Origin: Raja brachyura | Taxonomy: Eukaryota | Length of the DNA stretch: 64,000 bases | Reading direction: 5' to 3' | NCBI GenBank assembly: GCA_963514005.1 | Contig: OY740797.1 | Location: forward strand, 25,048,001 to 25,112,000 | Part shown: in pieces, positions 39,613 to 52,968 of the stretch | Position numbering within the stretch: position 1 is the stretch's first letter | How the letters are laid out: each line of letters begins with the position of its first letter | Notes under the pieces: generated by a model | What the model was told of the DNA's origin: nothing | Seen by the model: only the letters and a program-made list of their open reading frames with translations | Database searches by the model: none | Position numbers and translations under genes: made by a program

Positions 39613-39780
39613 ACCAAGCAGAAACCAATAGCTGGTAAAGTGATTTACGGACCTCTCGCTACAACGGGAAACAAGACAGGAGAAAACAGATATCGTTGGG
39701 ATAATTACACGGACAACTCACAGCCAATAAAGCAAATGCGAGGTGCAGATGGTATATATTCGGAATGGATTCCCAAGTAG
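39613..39780 (+). CDS. Gene 2 terminal exon C, copy 2 (intact, ITIM)
   Basis: ctcgcag| TKQKPIAGKVIYGPLATTGNK...GIYSEWIPK-TAG. VIYGPL is an ITIM and aligns with gene 1 KLIYASV. Confidence 0.75.
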   Translation, partial: TKQKPIAGKVIYGPLATTGNKTGENRYRWDNYTDNSQPIKQMRGADGIYSEWIPK

Positions 39781-40179
39781 TTTCCGTGCTCAAAGTGACG
39801 TCTTATTATTTGTGTAGTTACATATCAGCTCGTCCATGATCTGACATCAAGAAAACAGCAACAGCCCTCAGGGAAATGGCGAGTTGGCCCATATTACAAG
39901 CATCAAGCACTGATTTGACGTCAAAGCTCCTAACCAACTGAACCCTTCACCTTCAACACTAGTGGTGAAATGTGTTACAACCAGTTGCCCAAGTTATGCG
40001 TCAGTAAATATTCGGTGTCCATCCGCTTGGCTACTGTGCTCTTTGAAATTGCATACGATTTGTAAAGGTAGGCACCTCGTTATTTCAACACAAAAAACAA
40101 AAAGACACATGCAAAATGTACGGTGTTTAAAGTGTTTAAATCCAAAAGTGAATTTACTCCTGCAGAGATTGTTTGGAAA

Positions 40180-40410
40180 AAGCATATAATCCTCCAACGC
40201 TTTCGCCACCTCCAACGAGAACCCACTACTGGCCGCATCTTTCCATCTCCACCACTTGCTGCTTTCCGCAGAGACCGTTCCCTCCGCAACTCCCTGGTCA
40301 TCTCGTCCCTTCCCACCCAATCCATCCCCTCCCCCTTCCCAGCTGAGTTATCCCAGCATTTTGTGTCTACCTTCGATTTAAACCAGCATCTGCAGTTCTT
40401 TCCCACACAT
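40180..40410 (+). mobile_element. Penelope-like fragment
   Basis: HIILQRFRHLQREPTTGRIFPSPPLAAFRRDRSLRNSLV. Confidence 0.75.
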
Positions 40411-41055
40411 TGTTTGGAATCTTGCTTTTGCAACATTTATGAAGCGTCCTTACAAACACCTGAATTGCCAAGATATAACAGGCCACGAAACGAGTTCTAG
40501 TAAACTAAATTAGTATGGACGTGTTCTTGATGGTCCGCATGCCACGCTGGGCCAAAACGTCTGTTTCTATGCGACTCTGTGAAATTGGCCGACTGACAAC
40601 ATCGTCATCCCCATAGGATCAATCCATGTATCGTGCAGCATGCAAATAGTGAGACGAACTCGTCTACATAGAAATAATATATCCGTATTAGTACCACCAC
40701 CCAATATCTGTCCATTTTCCCTAACTCGAGTTGTTTACATATAAATGGAATCATGTAATTCACTTAATTGGTGTATATATTGATCTTGGGTGCAGTCCAC
40801 TCTATTTTATTCAATTGTAAAGCGGGCTTACGCAGTTACCAAACTGCACAGCGTAGGTAAAAGCACTGACTTGGGAAGAGCGCAGCCAAATAATTCAAAC
40901 GCATTTATTGAACGAAATCAATAATCATCCAAAATCGCTTTATAGCCTTTGAACTCATTTCCATCGTAACGACACTTACTCTACTGGACATATGGGGCAA
41001 CGGGCCCTCACACAGAAAGATCCCATACAAATTACACTCCATTCATTGTTCCTCC

Positions 41056-41540
41056 GAGAGGGGAGAAGAGAGTGAGTGGAGGGAGAGGGAGATTGTGGAA
41101 GGGGAGAGACAGAAATAATTAGAAAGGGCAGAGGGATGGAGAGGGGAATGGAGAGAGGGGGGGTGGTGGGAGAGCGGGAGAGGGGGGAGGGGGGGAGAGA
41201 GGGGGTAGAGAGAGAAATGGTGTGAGGGAGAAGGGGAGAGAGAGGGAGGTGAGAGCGAGGGCGAGAGGGAGGGGGAGAGAGAGAGGGAGATAGAGATGGG
41301 GAGAGTGCGGTGCGAAAGAGGGGGAGAGAGAGGGAGGAGAGAAAGGGGGAGAGAGGAGGAGAGAGAGAGGGATGAGAGAGATGAGATGAGAGGGGGAGAG
41401 AGAGAAACGGGGTGAGAAGGGGGAGAGAGAGGGGTGTGAGAGGGGGTAAGAATGAGAGGGGAGAGGGAGGGGTGAGCGAGGAGCAGAGAGAGATGGAGGC
41501 TAGAGAAGGTGAGAGAGAGAGGGGGTAGGGTGAGAGATAG

Positions 41541-41580
<40 letters not shown>

Positions 41581-41581
41581 G
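41056..41581 (+). repeat. GA-rich low-complexity tract
   Basis: Direct inspection. Confidence 0.95.
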
Positions 41582-42891
41582 ATTCATGCTGCTGTAAATT
41601 GCAAATAGAAAAATATTTAAATGTTAAATTGTTTAAACTAAACTGTTCTTTACGGAGGGATAATCGTAGCCAACGGATGAAGCCAACTTCACTATTCTTC
41701 GTATCATCTTGGAATTATTTCCGGTGATAAGGGGAAGGGAGCTTTATTTTATATATTATCCAGAAAATACACATTTCGGTGTAATCACGACGCAAAAATG
41801 TTGATATTCTACTCAGAAACGTTGGGAGAACGGCAAACTATTAACCATTAACTATTAACTATTAAGACTGGGCGGAATCATTTAAACCATTCATGCAAGA
41901 ATGGGATTCCTGGATGACATGAGGGGCAAAATAAATTGAAATAGCGAATGTCACGACCCCCCACACCTTTCAGCATGCTGGTTGACATTGTGGTACAATG
42001 CGATTTTTATTTCGGGTTCCATACCCTTGATTCGGCAGTGTCCAATTATCCATAGATTTCACCTTTACGGGTTTTCAGGGACTGACTGTCCATTGCACTC
42101 TGACGTTGAAATCTCCATAGACACCGAATCATGTAATATCGTTAACAGAAATGTTCTCAACTCTGCCCTTAACAGCTATCTCTTTATCGTAAAACAATAT
42201 TTCTTGCTCTTAACCAGGGGGAAAGGCATTAGATTAGAAATACTACATTCCAGTAAATATGAAATACAGATATAATATCTATCAGGTAGAAATATGGCGA
42301 AACAAATATTGTGTGTGTTTTAGTGCTGACGTCGGGGTCGGATGGGGCTGCGCCACTGTGAATGAAAAGCAAAAAGGTCCGAGATTAATCCAATTCATCA
42401 TGACTCTGATCTATGTTCGGTTGGGGAAAATAAACATAGCTTAGTTTAGTTTAGTTTAATATTATCACTTGTGCCGGGGTACAGTGGAAATATATTTGTT
42501 GCGTGCTATCCCGTCAAAGAAAAGACTATACATGATTACCATCAAGTCGTCCACAGTGTATAATTAAAGGCTAAGAGCCTTCAGATATGAAATGGGAAGA
42601 GCTAGAGGTTTGAGATTGTGACATCGATAATATATTTATGGTATGTGTAAACTAAACGTTATGAATGTTCCGCAGGTAGGGCTGGATTTGTAAAGTTAGA
42701 AATAAAGCAAACATATCATTTTCATGGCCTTATTTCAGAGCAGCAGGAGGTAGATAAGCATATGTGTTTATGCAAGTACGGAATCAGAAAATTGGAAGTC
42801 AAGGGGTAAAGGACTAAAGCAGAGACTGGAGAAACGTTTTAGGCCAATTGAAGGACAAAGCAATTGATAATAATGTGAGCAACCTTGATTC

Positions 42892-44370
42892 AATAGACAA
42901 TAGACAATAGGTTCAGGGGTAGGCCATTCGGCCCCTCGAGCCAGCACCGCCATTCACTGATCATGGCACAATCAGTACCCCGTTTCTGCCTTCTCCCCAT
43001 TTGACTCCGCTATCTTTAAGAGCTCTATCTCGCTTGAATTCCACAGATTCACAACTCTCTGTATGAAAAAGTTTGTCATCATCTCCGTTCTAAATGGCCT
43101 ACCCCATATTCTTAAACTGTAGCCCCTGGTTCTGGACTCCATCAACATCAGGAATATGTTTCCTGCCTCCAGCGTATCCAATCCCATAATAATCTTAAAT
43201 GTTTCAACAAGAATCATCCTTCTAAATTCCAGTGTATACAAGCCCAGTCGATCCAATCTTTCAACATATGACAGTCCCGTCATCCGGGAATTAACCTCGT
43301 GAACCGACGCTGCATTCCCTCAATAGCAAGAATGTCCTTCCTCAAATTTGGAGACCAAAACTGCACACAATACTCCAGGTGTGGTCTCACTAGAGCCCTG
43401 TACAACTGCAGAAGGACCTCTTTGCTCCTATACTCAACTCCTCTTGTTATGAAGGCCAATATGCCATTAGCTTTCTTCACTGCCTGCTGTACCTGCATGC
43501 TTACTTTCAATGACTGATGAACAAGGACACCCAGAAGACGTTGTACTTCCCCTTTTTCTATCATGACACCATTCAGATAATAATCTGCCTTCCCATTCTT
43601 GCCACCAAAGTGGATAACCTCACATTTATCCACATTAAACTGCATCTGCCATGCGTCTGCCCACTCACCAACCTGTCCAAGTCACCCTGCATCCTCATAG
43701 CATCCTCCTCACAGTTCACACTGCCATCCAGCTTTGTGTCATCTGCAAATTTGCTCATGTTAGTCTTAATCCCTTCATCTAAATCATTAATGTATATTGC
43801 AAATAGCTGTGGTCCCAGCACCGAGTCTTGCGGTACCCCACTAGTCACTGCCTACCATTCTGAAAGTGGGCCGTTAATCCCCACTCTTTGTTTCCTGTCC
43901 GCCAACCAATTTTCTATCCATGTCAGTACCTTAGCTCTAATACCATGTGCCCTAATGTTGCCCACTAATCTCCTCTGCGGGGCCTTATCAAAGGTTTTCT
44001 GAAAGTCCAGGTACACTGCATCCACTGGCTCTCCCTTGTCCATTTTCCTGGTTACATCCTCAAAAAATTCCAGAAAATTAGTCAAGCATGATTTCCCCTT
44101 CGTAAATCTATGCTGACTCGGACCGATCCTGTTACTGCTATCCAAATGTGCCGCTGTTTCTTCTTTTAACATTGACTCGAGCATCTTTCCCACCACCGAT
44201 GTGAGGCTAACTGGTCTATAATTCCCTGTTTTCTCTCTCCCTCCTTTCTTAAAAAAGTGGGATAACACTTCACGGGAATTGACCCTGAATCAATAGAACA
44301 TTGGAAAATGATCACCAATGCGTCCACGATTTCTGGAGCCACTTCCTTAAGGACCATCAGGCCCAGGGGA
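42892..44370 (-). mobile_element. CR1 LINE RT
   Basis: [35 protein letters not shown]; (atagaca)n tail. Confidence 0.95.
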
Positions 44371-44379
44371 TTCGTCAAA

Positions 44380-45035
44380 GATAAAGAAGAAACAATGAAC
44401 TGCAGATGCTGGTTTAACAAGGAAGACAAAATACTGTAATAATTTAGCGGGTTATCTTAACATATCCAACCCTTTCCATTCCTGGAAAACTTGGATAGGG
44501 TGACATTTTTCGGTTCAGGGCCCTTCTTCAGACTGATGACGTTTTAGGCCGTGACGGATTCAGCGGGATTATCTCCTGCACCTCACTTCCCTTTCTTGAT
44601 CCCTCTGGCTCCACCACAGAGGGCAGACTATGGACTGACGTCTACTGCACACCTACCGACACTCACAGTTATCTGAACTACACTTCCTTTCACCCTAGCT
44701 CTTGCAAATACGATATCCCCTATTCTCAATTCCCCCAGTCAGTTCCCACGATGAGGCTTTTCAATCAAGGACATTAGAGATGTCCTCTTTCTTTCGTTAA
44801 AGTAGTTCTCCCCTTCTGTGATATACGAATCCCTGCTCCACGTCACCTCCGTGGGCCCGTAGCTCTGTTCTCTCTCCCTCACCCACAGGATGGAACACGG
44901 TGACATGAATCCTTGGTATTCATCTTTCACCCCAACAGCCTCGGCTTGCAACACATCAGCCTCTGACATTTATGGTACCTTCAAAGCAGGGACGTGCGGT
45001 CAGGGGAGGCAGATCCTCACCTATCATACTCCCAA
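44380..45035 (+). mobile_element. Degraded Penelope-like fragment(s)
   Basis: PFLD..., PTDTHSYLNYTSFHP.SCK..IPYSQF-like translation, with an inverted terminal-repeat piece at 44390-44535. Confidence 0.6.
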
Positions 45036-45756
45036 TGAAAATAGCTGTTAAGAAAAGTAAAGAAAAATAATAATAAAATAAAATAAATATACAGATCTTT
45101 CCACTGATCTGTGTTATAAATGTAATTTCTATATGAATATAATCTTTTTTTGTCGTAAAAAATGCCAAATTTGCGCAGCCTCGCTGCAAATACATGGAGC
45201 GATGAGAGTTGAGGCAGCGGCGAGCTGAGCCTCCCCATCTGATTATGCAACCCCTTAGAAACTGCTTGGAGCGCGGGCAATAAGCGTGTGCCTGTTACTA
45301 TCTCTATGTGTGTCACCAATGTAATGTTTGTAAACCCCTTCATTACATGTCCTTACCTTCCATAGTCCAGGTAACGTATTTCACATATAAAGATATTAAA
45401 TTTGTGCTCGCTGGTTTCACATAAAACTGCATTGAAAAAGTTCCAGGGGAGGCAGCGATCATATCTGCCTCACAAGGGGGCGTGTCTTGAGCCCAGTGGA
45501 GGAAGAGCGAGCGTCAATCACGTAGGCTCAGCCCACGTAACTGATGCTGCCTCACTCTCCCTCCACGTTAGCTAGCTTCAGCAGCGGAGGCACAGACCAA
45601 AGATCATGCAGCGGACAAGATACGCCACTTGGGAAGGTAGACTTTGTCTTTACATTAGAAAACTATTATATATTTTTTAAATAGATCTATATTTATCACA
45701 ATAATAAAGTAATCCATTGTTGTACTTCTGTACATTTTTGTTTAGTTCATGTAAGG

Positions 45757-45830
45757 CAGGGGTCTCCAAAATATGGCCCGCATGACACATCAGGCCCACC
45801 CCGAGATTTTTCAAGCTCAGATTCGAGTCG
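45757..45830 (+). mobile_element. hAT-Charlie-like terminal inverted repeat end
   Basis: CAGGGGTCTCCAAAatatggcccgc...caggccc. The partner TIR was not found. Confidence 0.4.
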
Positions 45831-45994
45831 GGGGTGCGGCGGCCCCGGGCTGCTCTTAGTGTTGTTACCGGTTAGATCACTCGAATTGTCAGAGCCGAGA
45901 CATCACAGGGCCGCCGTGAAGAAGCGTGCAAAGTTGCGGTGGGGGGTTCGGCGGCGGTCAGAATGGGACGGCTGCGGGTTATAACGTGCCAACG

Positions 45995-46975
45995 TTCCTC
46001 TCTCCCTTCTCTCCCCCCCCCCCCCCCCATTCCCTCTCTCCGCATTCACTCTCTCTCCCCATTCTCTCTCTCACTCCCCTCTCTCCCCCCTTTCTCTCCA
46101 CTTTCTCTCTCTCTCCCCATTCTCTCTCTCCCCATTCTCGCTCTCCTTTCTCTCTCTCCTCTCTCTCTCTCCCTTCTCTCTCTCTCCCTTCTCTCTCTCC
46201 CTTCTCCCCCCCCATTCGCTCTCTCTCTCTCTCATTCTCTCTGTCTCCACTCTCTCTCCCCATTCTCTCTCTCTCTCATTCTCTCTCCTCTCTCTCTCTC
46301 CCTATTCTCTCTGTCCCCATTCTCCCTCCTTTCTCTCTCCGTTCTCCCTTTCTCCATTCTCTCTCTCATTCTCTCTCTCCCATTCTCTCCCTCTCCCATT
46401 ATCTCTGTCCCTACTCTCTCTCTCTCTCTCTCCCATTCTCTCTCCCTCCCCATTCTCTCTCTCTCCCCCATTCTCTCTCTCTCCATTCTCTCTCTCTCCC
46501 TATTCTCTCTCCCTCTCTCTCCATTCCCTCGCTCTCTATCTCCTCTCTCTTTCTCCCTTCTCTCTCTCTCCTCCCTTCTCTCTCGCTCCTCTCTCTCTCT
46601 CCCTTCTCTCTCGCTCNNNNNNNNNNNNNNNNNNNNNNNNNNNNNNNNNNNNNNNNNNNNNNNNNNNNNNNNNNNNNNNNNNNNNNNNNNNNNNNNNNNN
46701 NNNNNNNNNNNNNNNNNNNNNNNNNNNNNNNNNNNNNNNNNNNNNNNNNNNNNNNNNNNNNNNNNNNNNNNNNNNNNNNNNNNNNNNNNNNNNNNNNNNN
46801 NNNNNNNNNNNNNNNNNNNNNNNNNNNNNNCCTTCTCTCTCTTCCTTCTCTCTCTCCCTTCTCTCTCTCCCACCCTTCTCTCTCTATCTCTCTCTCTCCC
46901 TCCTTTCTCTCTCTCTCTCCCTCCCTTCTCTTCTCTATCCCTACCTCCCAGCCACGACTCCACCCCTCTCTCTTC
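45995..46975 (+). repeat. CT-rich low-complexity tract containing an assembly gap (N 46617-46830)
   Basis: Direct inspection; 214 Ns. Confidence 0.95.
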
Positions 46976-47039
46976 TCGGGGAGACGCAGTGATCAATACA
47001 GGGAGGACCGGGCCACTGATACAAGCCAGTGCCTCCCCA

Positions 47040-48600
47040 GCCATTGACCTCACCACACGTCATTGCTTCAAAGTGATCCTACGAATCACTACTAATCAGA
47101 TCTTAACATATCCAACCGTTTCTGCTCTCTGCAGGGACCACACCCTATGAAACTCCTTGGTTGTAGCAATACAGTTAGAGATCCCTATTCCTTACCTTTC
47201 ATTCCATCAGCCCCCACATTCATCTCATCATCATCCAACATTTCCAGCACCTCCGATGTGATCCCAACAGCAGTCATATTTTCCTATCTCTACCCCACTC
47301 TGCCTTTTGCAGAGACCGCTCAATCTACAATTCCATGGTCCATTCATCGCTTCCCATCCAAACCACCTCCTCCCGCTGTCCCCAGAGGAATGGTGGGTGA
47401 AGTTTAATATAGAAATGCATGAGCATTTTGGGAGATCAACCCAAAGTAGGATCTACACAGTGAATGGCAGGGCTCCGGGGAGTGTTGCATGGCAGAAAGA
47501 TCTGGAAGTACAGGTATATCATCCCTTGAAAGTGGCGTCACAAGTAAATAGGATGGCCAAGAAGGCTTTCAGCACATTGGCCAACAAGGCTTTCAGCATT
47601 CTGACCACATCGGTCAGAATATTGAGTATAGATGTTGAGAGGTCGGGTTACAGTAGTGTAAGACATTGGTGTGGGCACATTTAGAGTAGTGTGTTCAATT
47701 TTGGTCAGTCTGGTGCACGAAAGATGTTGTTGCAATGTAAAGGGTGCAGATAAGTTTTACGAGGATGTTGCCAGATCTTCAGTTCTGAGCTATAGGGAGA
47801 AGTTGAGCAGGCTAGGATTTTATTCATTGGAGTACAGGTGAACGACCTGTGATCTTAAAGAGGTCTATAAGAGCAGCAGATAAATATATAAGGTACTTTT
47901 TCCCACAGTAGCGGAATTGACAACCAGAGGACATAGGTTTAAGGTGAAGGGGAAACCTTTTAATAACCTAAGGAGCGATGTATTTACACAAAGGGTGGTA
48001 GGTATGGGGAACAAGCTGACAGGGGAAGTAGTTGAGGCAGGTACTATCACAATGTCTAAGAAACATTTAGACATGGACAAGATAGGTTTAGATGGATAAG
48101 GACCAAACGTAGGCAAGTGAGTCTAGTGTAGATCGGGCATGTTGGTCGGCGTGGACTAGTTGGTCCAAAGGGCCTGTTTCCACGTTATATGACTAAATGA
48201 CTTTCCATCGCTCTAACAATAGCAGATGCAACACCTGTCCCTATACCATCCTTGCCTCCATCCAGGGACATGGACAGTCCTTCCAGGTGCGACAGAAGTT
48301 CAAGTGCACCTCTTCCAACCTCAGGTACAACATCCGCTGTTCCCGATGAGGCCTCCTGTACATCCACTGAAAGGTAGACTGCAACCATTTTGTCCCAGAT
48401 GCTTGCGCTCCATCGATAAGGCCTGCGGGAACTCCCAGCTGCTGACTATTTTAACTCCCCTTCCCATTCCCATACTGACCTTTCTATCCTGGGCCTCTTC
48501 CATTCCCAGTGTGAGGTCACACACAAAGTGAATGGAACAGCCCCCTTATTCCTTATAACACAACAGCAATACACTTTGAATTCTCCAATTTTAGCTAACC
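47040..48600 (+). mobile_element. Penelope-like fragments split by a CR1 (CR1 ~47385-48200, + strand)
   Basis: PLE-type sequence at 47040-47380 and 48215-48600 (FQVRQKFKCTSSNL). The CR1 gives TTRGHRFKVKG..FTQRVV. Confidence 0.7.
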
Positions 48601-48894
48601 TCAAACGACCCCGTCAAATCTTCTTACTCCCCGTAAACCCTTTTTCACCCCCTCCTCACCCCTGATCCCTGGCTGAACTTGCATCGACCCCTCCCCTCAC
48701 ATCACTCTCCAGCTACTTTCTTACACAATTCCCTACTCATCAATTCCCTTGCTTCACATTTCACAACTCCCTAATCATTTTCTCTTGCTCTATGGCCGTT
48801 GTGCAATTATCTGTCTGGTAACCCCCCCCCCCCCCCCCTCCTCCCTCCTGTGATCACCTCGGATCTGCCATACTTTCTCCTGCCACGCCACAGG

Positions 48895-49830
48895 CGACAT
48901 TGAAGCATGATTCCTAGACGAGCTCAATACGTTTTATGCACACTTTATTTTGGAATACACTGATGCGGCTTCCCGAGCCCCCATGGGCCCAATGGTATCA
49001 CAAACTCCGTCACAATGGCTGACGTCAGAAGATTCTTCAGGAGGGTGAACTCTCAGAAAGCATCTGGACCTGATGGGGTACCTGGTCATGTTCTTGCAAC
49101 CTTTAACTGGCTGAAAATGTTGTGCACATCATCAACCTCTGACCTGCTTTAAAAGGGCATCACAAATAATGGTGCCCAAGAAAAGCAAGATGACGTGCCT
49201 CAATGAGTACCGACCAGTGACAATTAACATCCGCGATGAGGAAGTTATTTGAGAGATTGATTATGCCGTATATCAACTACTTCAACAAGAACCTGGACCC
49301 ACTACAACTTGCCTTCCACCACAACAGGTCAACAGACGATACAATCTTCCTGGCTTTCTACTCTGCAATGGATCACTTGGACAATAAAAAACACACACGT
49401 TCATGGACTACAGCTTGGTGTTCAACACCAACATGCCCTCCATAATGGATACCAACCTCACGGAACTGGGTCCATGTGTATCCCTCTAAAACTGGATCCT
49501 TGACTTCCTCATCAACAGACGATAATCTGTAAATTATGGCAGAAACGCTTCCTCCACAAAATCCATCAGCACGGGAGCACCTCAAGGCCGTGCTCTACTC
49601 GCTCCATAATCATGAATGTGTAGTCCGACACAGTTCCAACTCGTTTTGCAAGTACGCCACACCACCGTTGTTGGACGAATTACCAAAGACGAGTCAGAGA
49701 ATAGAAGGGAGATCGCCCGACTCTCCAAATGGTACCAGAACAACAACCTCGCCCTCAACACCAGTAAAGCCATTGAATGATTGTTCACTTTGGACGATGA
49801 AGGTTGAGGTTCCACAAAATTATCTTCATC
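48895..49830 (+). mobile_element. Rex1/Babar-type LINE RT fragment
   Basis: KASGPDGVPG, CLNEYRPV, KLFERL, LDPLQLAF..NRSTDD, DYS..FNT. Confidence 0.75.
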
Positions 49831-50251
49831 GACGTTGGTGGAGAGAAATAAAGCCCATCTTCAACCATGATAACATTCTCTGTTAATGGAACAAACCAGC
49901 GCACATGATCTTTAGTTATGAAATGAGTTATATAGAGAGTTATATTCAGTTACATAAAAACAATGCCATGATTTTGCTTTCAAATGGGAGACTTGTTGTG
50001 CAGATCGCAGATCCCGCATTCCAATTACCTTCTCATTGTGGAGGTTGTTTCAGTCTTTTCTGATCCCAGAGGTATTTGGGTGATTTGAATATCAGACAAA
50101 TCACACCATTCCGTTCTTGTAGCTGTTTCCACATCACTTAAGTTTACCTAGGGAGCACTCTCCGCAGCCTTTGAGCGATTCCCAAATGTCTAATTATATC
50201 CATTTCCCAATAGTTTGGCTCCATGTGAAGTATTAAGTATACGTGTTAAGT

Positions 50252-50518
50252 GCGGCACGGTGGAGTGGCAGTAGAGTATCTGCTTTACAGTACCAGAGAC
50301 CAGGTCTCGGAGTTTGTACGTCCTTCCTGTGATCGCGTTGGTTTTGTCCGGGTGTACCGGTTTCCTCCCGCACTCCAAAGACCTACAGGGTTGTAGATTA
50401 ATTGGTTTCGGTACAATTGTAAATAGTCCCTAGTGTGTAGGATGCTACTGGTATACACGGGTCGGCACGGACTCGACAGGTCTGTTTCGTGCTGTATCTC
50501 TAAACTAAACTAAACTAA
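50252..50518 (+). mobile_element. HE1-type SINE
   Basis: cggcacggtgg...cggtttcctcccgcactccaaagac...ctgtatctc plus (taaac)n. Confidence 0.85.
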
Positions 50519-51479
50519 CCTATGCTGCACAGCACGCACTCGCTTCCCCTTTTTACTGACCATATATGTTATGAACAAACATGTGGATGAGAGCGAATTC
50601 CAAACATTGTTTTGTGGATGAGCATATGTAAAATCTGGGTTTTTGGCTTGCTAATGGCCTGAATAGAAATATATTCAGTTTCAAATGAAAACGTGCAGAC
50701 TTGCTGAAAGGTGATGAAATTTTATTTGCAAAACAGAAGAGATGAAGAACGGATGCTTCACTGCCATCGCAAACAAGTGTTTTTTTTTCTGACCTGAACC
50801 ATCACCGTAATGTGGTTACTGTTGCATTGAAAATTATTGCTTAATCCTTACTCGCGTATCGATGTGTACAAAGAAGCAGTTTCTCGCCTATCTTCAATAT
50901 CACGCACTTGGTGAATTACAACGTAAAGGAAACACAATCTGTGGTTTCTAATTGTAGCTGTTACAACATAAATCGTGTAATCGATTTTATAGGTCAATAG
51001 CATTGCCGCATTTAAAATGTATTCGCTCAGCCCACGGTGATAATTGTCGTTGCAAAGTCCATAAAGATGCACATAAACATTTGAACCTGTTTAATAGGTG
51101 CGTTAGGTTTGTCCGATGGAGTATGAACGCTGAAGACGTTGCTGTGATTATTTGAATGCGAGACATAACTCAACAACGCGTGTCTTAAACTTTCCGAATA
51201 TGCAGTGGCGTTTTGTTTTATCAGGTGTAAAACCAGAAACACGCGATAGCAAAAGTGGTCCACAAGAAACTGAAGATCCTGGTCCCAACCCGAAACATCC
51301 ATCCTGTTCCTTCCACCGGTGTTGCCTGAAACGCCGTCCACCAGAAGTGTGTCTCCCATTTTTCGTGCAGCAAAATTGATGTCCGTTTTTGTTTTATGTA
51401 TGTTTAACAAAATCTGTGTGTCCGTCCAAGATCATTACTGTCATCCCTATTATCCATTGGGCTTGAAATGACGGTAAAT

Positions 51480-52110
51480 TTTCCTTTCCATATCCCCTTT
51501 CCTTGCATATCCATGTGCCTAAATAAAGGTATTTTAAACACTATTGTTACACTTTATCTGGCGTCACCACCACAACAGCAGCGGTCCAGCTACCCACCGC
51601 CCACTCTGTAAAACAATTCCCCGAAACATTTCCGATAAACTTTGCCCTTCTCACATAAACCCCCCTCGTCTGGCATTTCCACCCCTTGAAATAGGTCCTC
51701 ACTTTCTACCCTATTTATGCCTCTCATAATGTAATATACTTCTATTATATCTCCCCTCAACCTTTGACAATCCAGAGAAAACAATCCAAGTTTGTCCTAC
51801 CTCTCCCTAAAGCTAATTCCATCTAACCCTGCAACATTCAGATAAAATAGACAAAGTGCTGGAGTAACTCAGCTGGTCAGTCAGCTTCTTTTCTTTAGAC
51901 TGAGTTCGGACCCGAAATGTCACCGATCCTTTCTCTCCAGAGACGTTGCTTGGCCCGCTGAGTTACTCCAGCACGTTTTGTCTATTTTAGGTTTAAATCA
52001 GCATGTGCACTTTCTTTCTAAGCATTAAGGTAGTCCTCTTCTGTACATTTTCCAATGCGTCCACATCCTTCCTGTAATAGGGTGACCATAGCTGCACACA
52101 GTATATCATA
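51480..52110 (-). mobile_element. Old CR1 fragment with an inserted, partly palindromic Penelope-type end (51840-52022)
   Basis: FSLDCQRLRGDIIEVY; inverted gctggagtaactcagc / gctgagttactccagc. Confidence 0.65.
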
Positions 52111-52261
52111 TCTCCATTCTCTCTGAGATGTGTGCACCATTTATTTTTAATTTGTGCACCATTTTATATTAGTAATTTTATATTTTATATTAGTAATTAG
52201 TAATTAACCGGTCTGTGCTGACCAGTTAAGGGGCAATAGTGACCCCTCATCCGATAGGGTC

Positions 52262-52535
52262 TTTAGTTTTAGTTTAGAGGTAAAGCGCGGAAACATGGTC
52301 TTCGCCCACCGAGTCCGCAGCCATTCCCGCACACTAACACAAACACACTAGGGATAATTTATAATTATACCAACAATTATACTACAAACTACAAACCTGG
52401 GAGGAAACCGGAGACCCCAGAGAAAACCCACGCACAGGGAGAACGTACAACCTCAGTACTGACAGCACCCATAGTCAGGATCGAACCAGGATCCCTGGCG
52501 CTGTAAGGCAGAAACACTACTGCTGCGCCACCGTT
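52262..52535 (-). mobile_element. HE1-type SINE
   Basis: Reverse A/B boxes (gcgccaccg, ggatcgaacc) and a (gttta)n tail. Confidence 0.85.
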
Positions 52536-52968
52536 CCGCTCTATTAATGTCAACCGCATAGATCAGTAGAACACTGAGTGAAATACGAACAGATCGATTT
52601 TACGTGACGGAAAACCACAAATCACAGTCATACAGCAAGAAAGCAAACCCTTCGGCCAAACTAATCCATGCGGACCGAGTTGTCCCATCTACGCTAGTCT
52701 CACCTGCCCGCGTTTGTCCTTTATCCCTCCAAACCATCCACATGTAAAAGTGTATTTTAAATGCATATAGTATCTGCCTCACTTACCCCTCAGATCACCG
52801 TACACAATCCTTCCACGGACATTAAGCCACGTTATTAAACCCTAACCGTTTCAACAAAAGAAAAATCTTCGGATATAACTTATCGATGTCTATCATGACC
52901 TTACATGCTTCTATCAGGTCAACTCTCTGGGAAAGCAAGCCAATACAATTACCCCCTTCAACCTCAAC

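Larger units (their letters stand above)
33695..39690 (+). repeat. ~3.1-kb tandem segmental duplication (about 33695-36795 and 36800-39690) of the gene 2 cytoplasmic exons
   Basis: Colinear homology through introns and exons, e.g. tgctttctgtgagcaattgcac at ~33703 and ~36811; exons at 34507/37658 and 36044/39128. Confidence 0.95.

Noticed and set aside
40976-41587. 203-aa Ser/Leu/Pro ORF
   Set aside because: Low-complexity GA tract.
45926-47150. Long 373/403/274-aa ORFs
   Set aside because: Translations of a CT-rich tract and an N gap.
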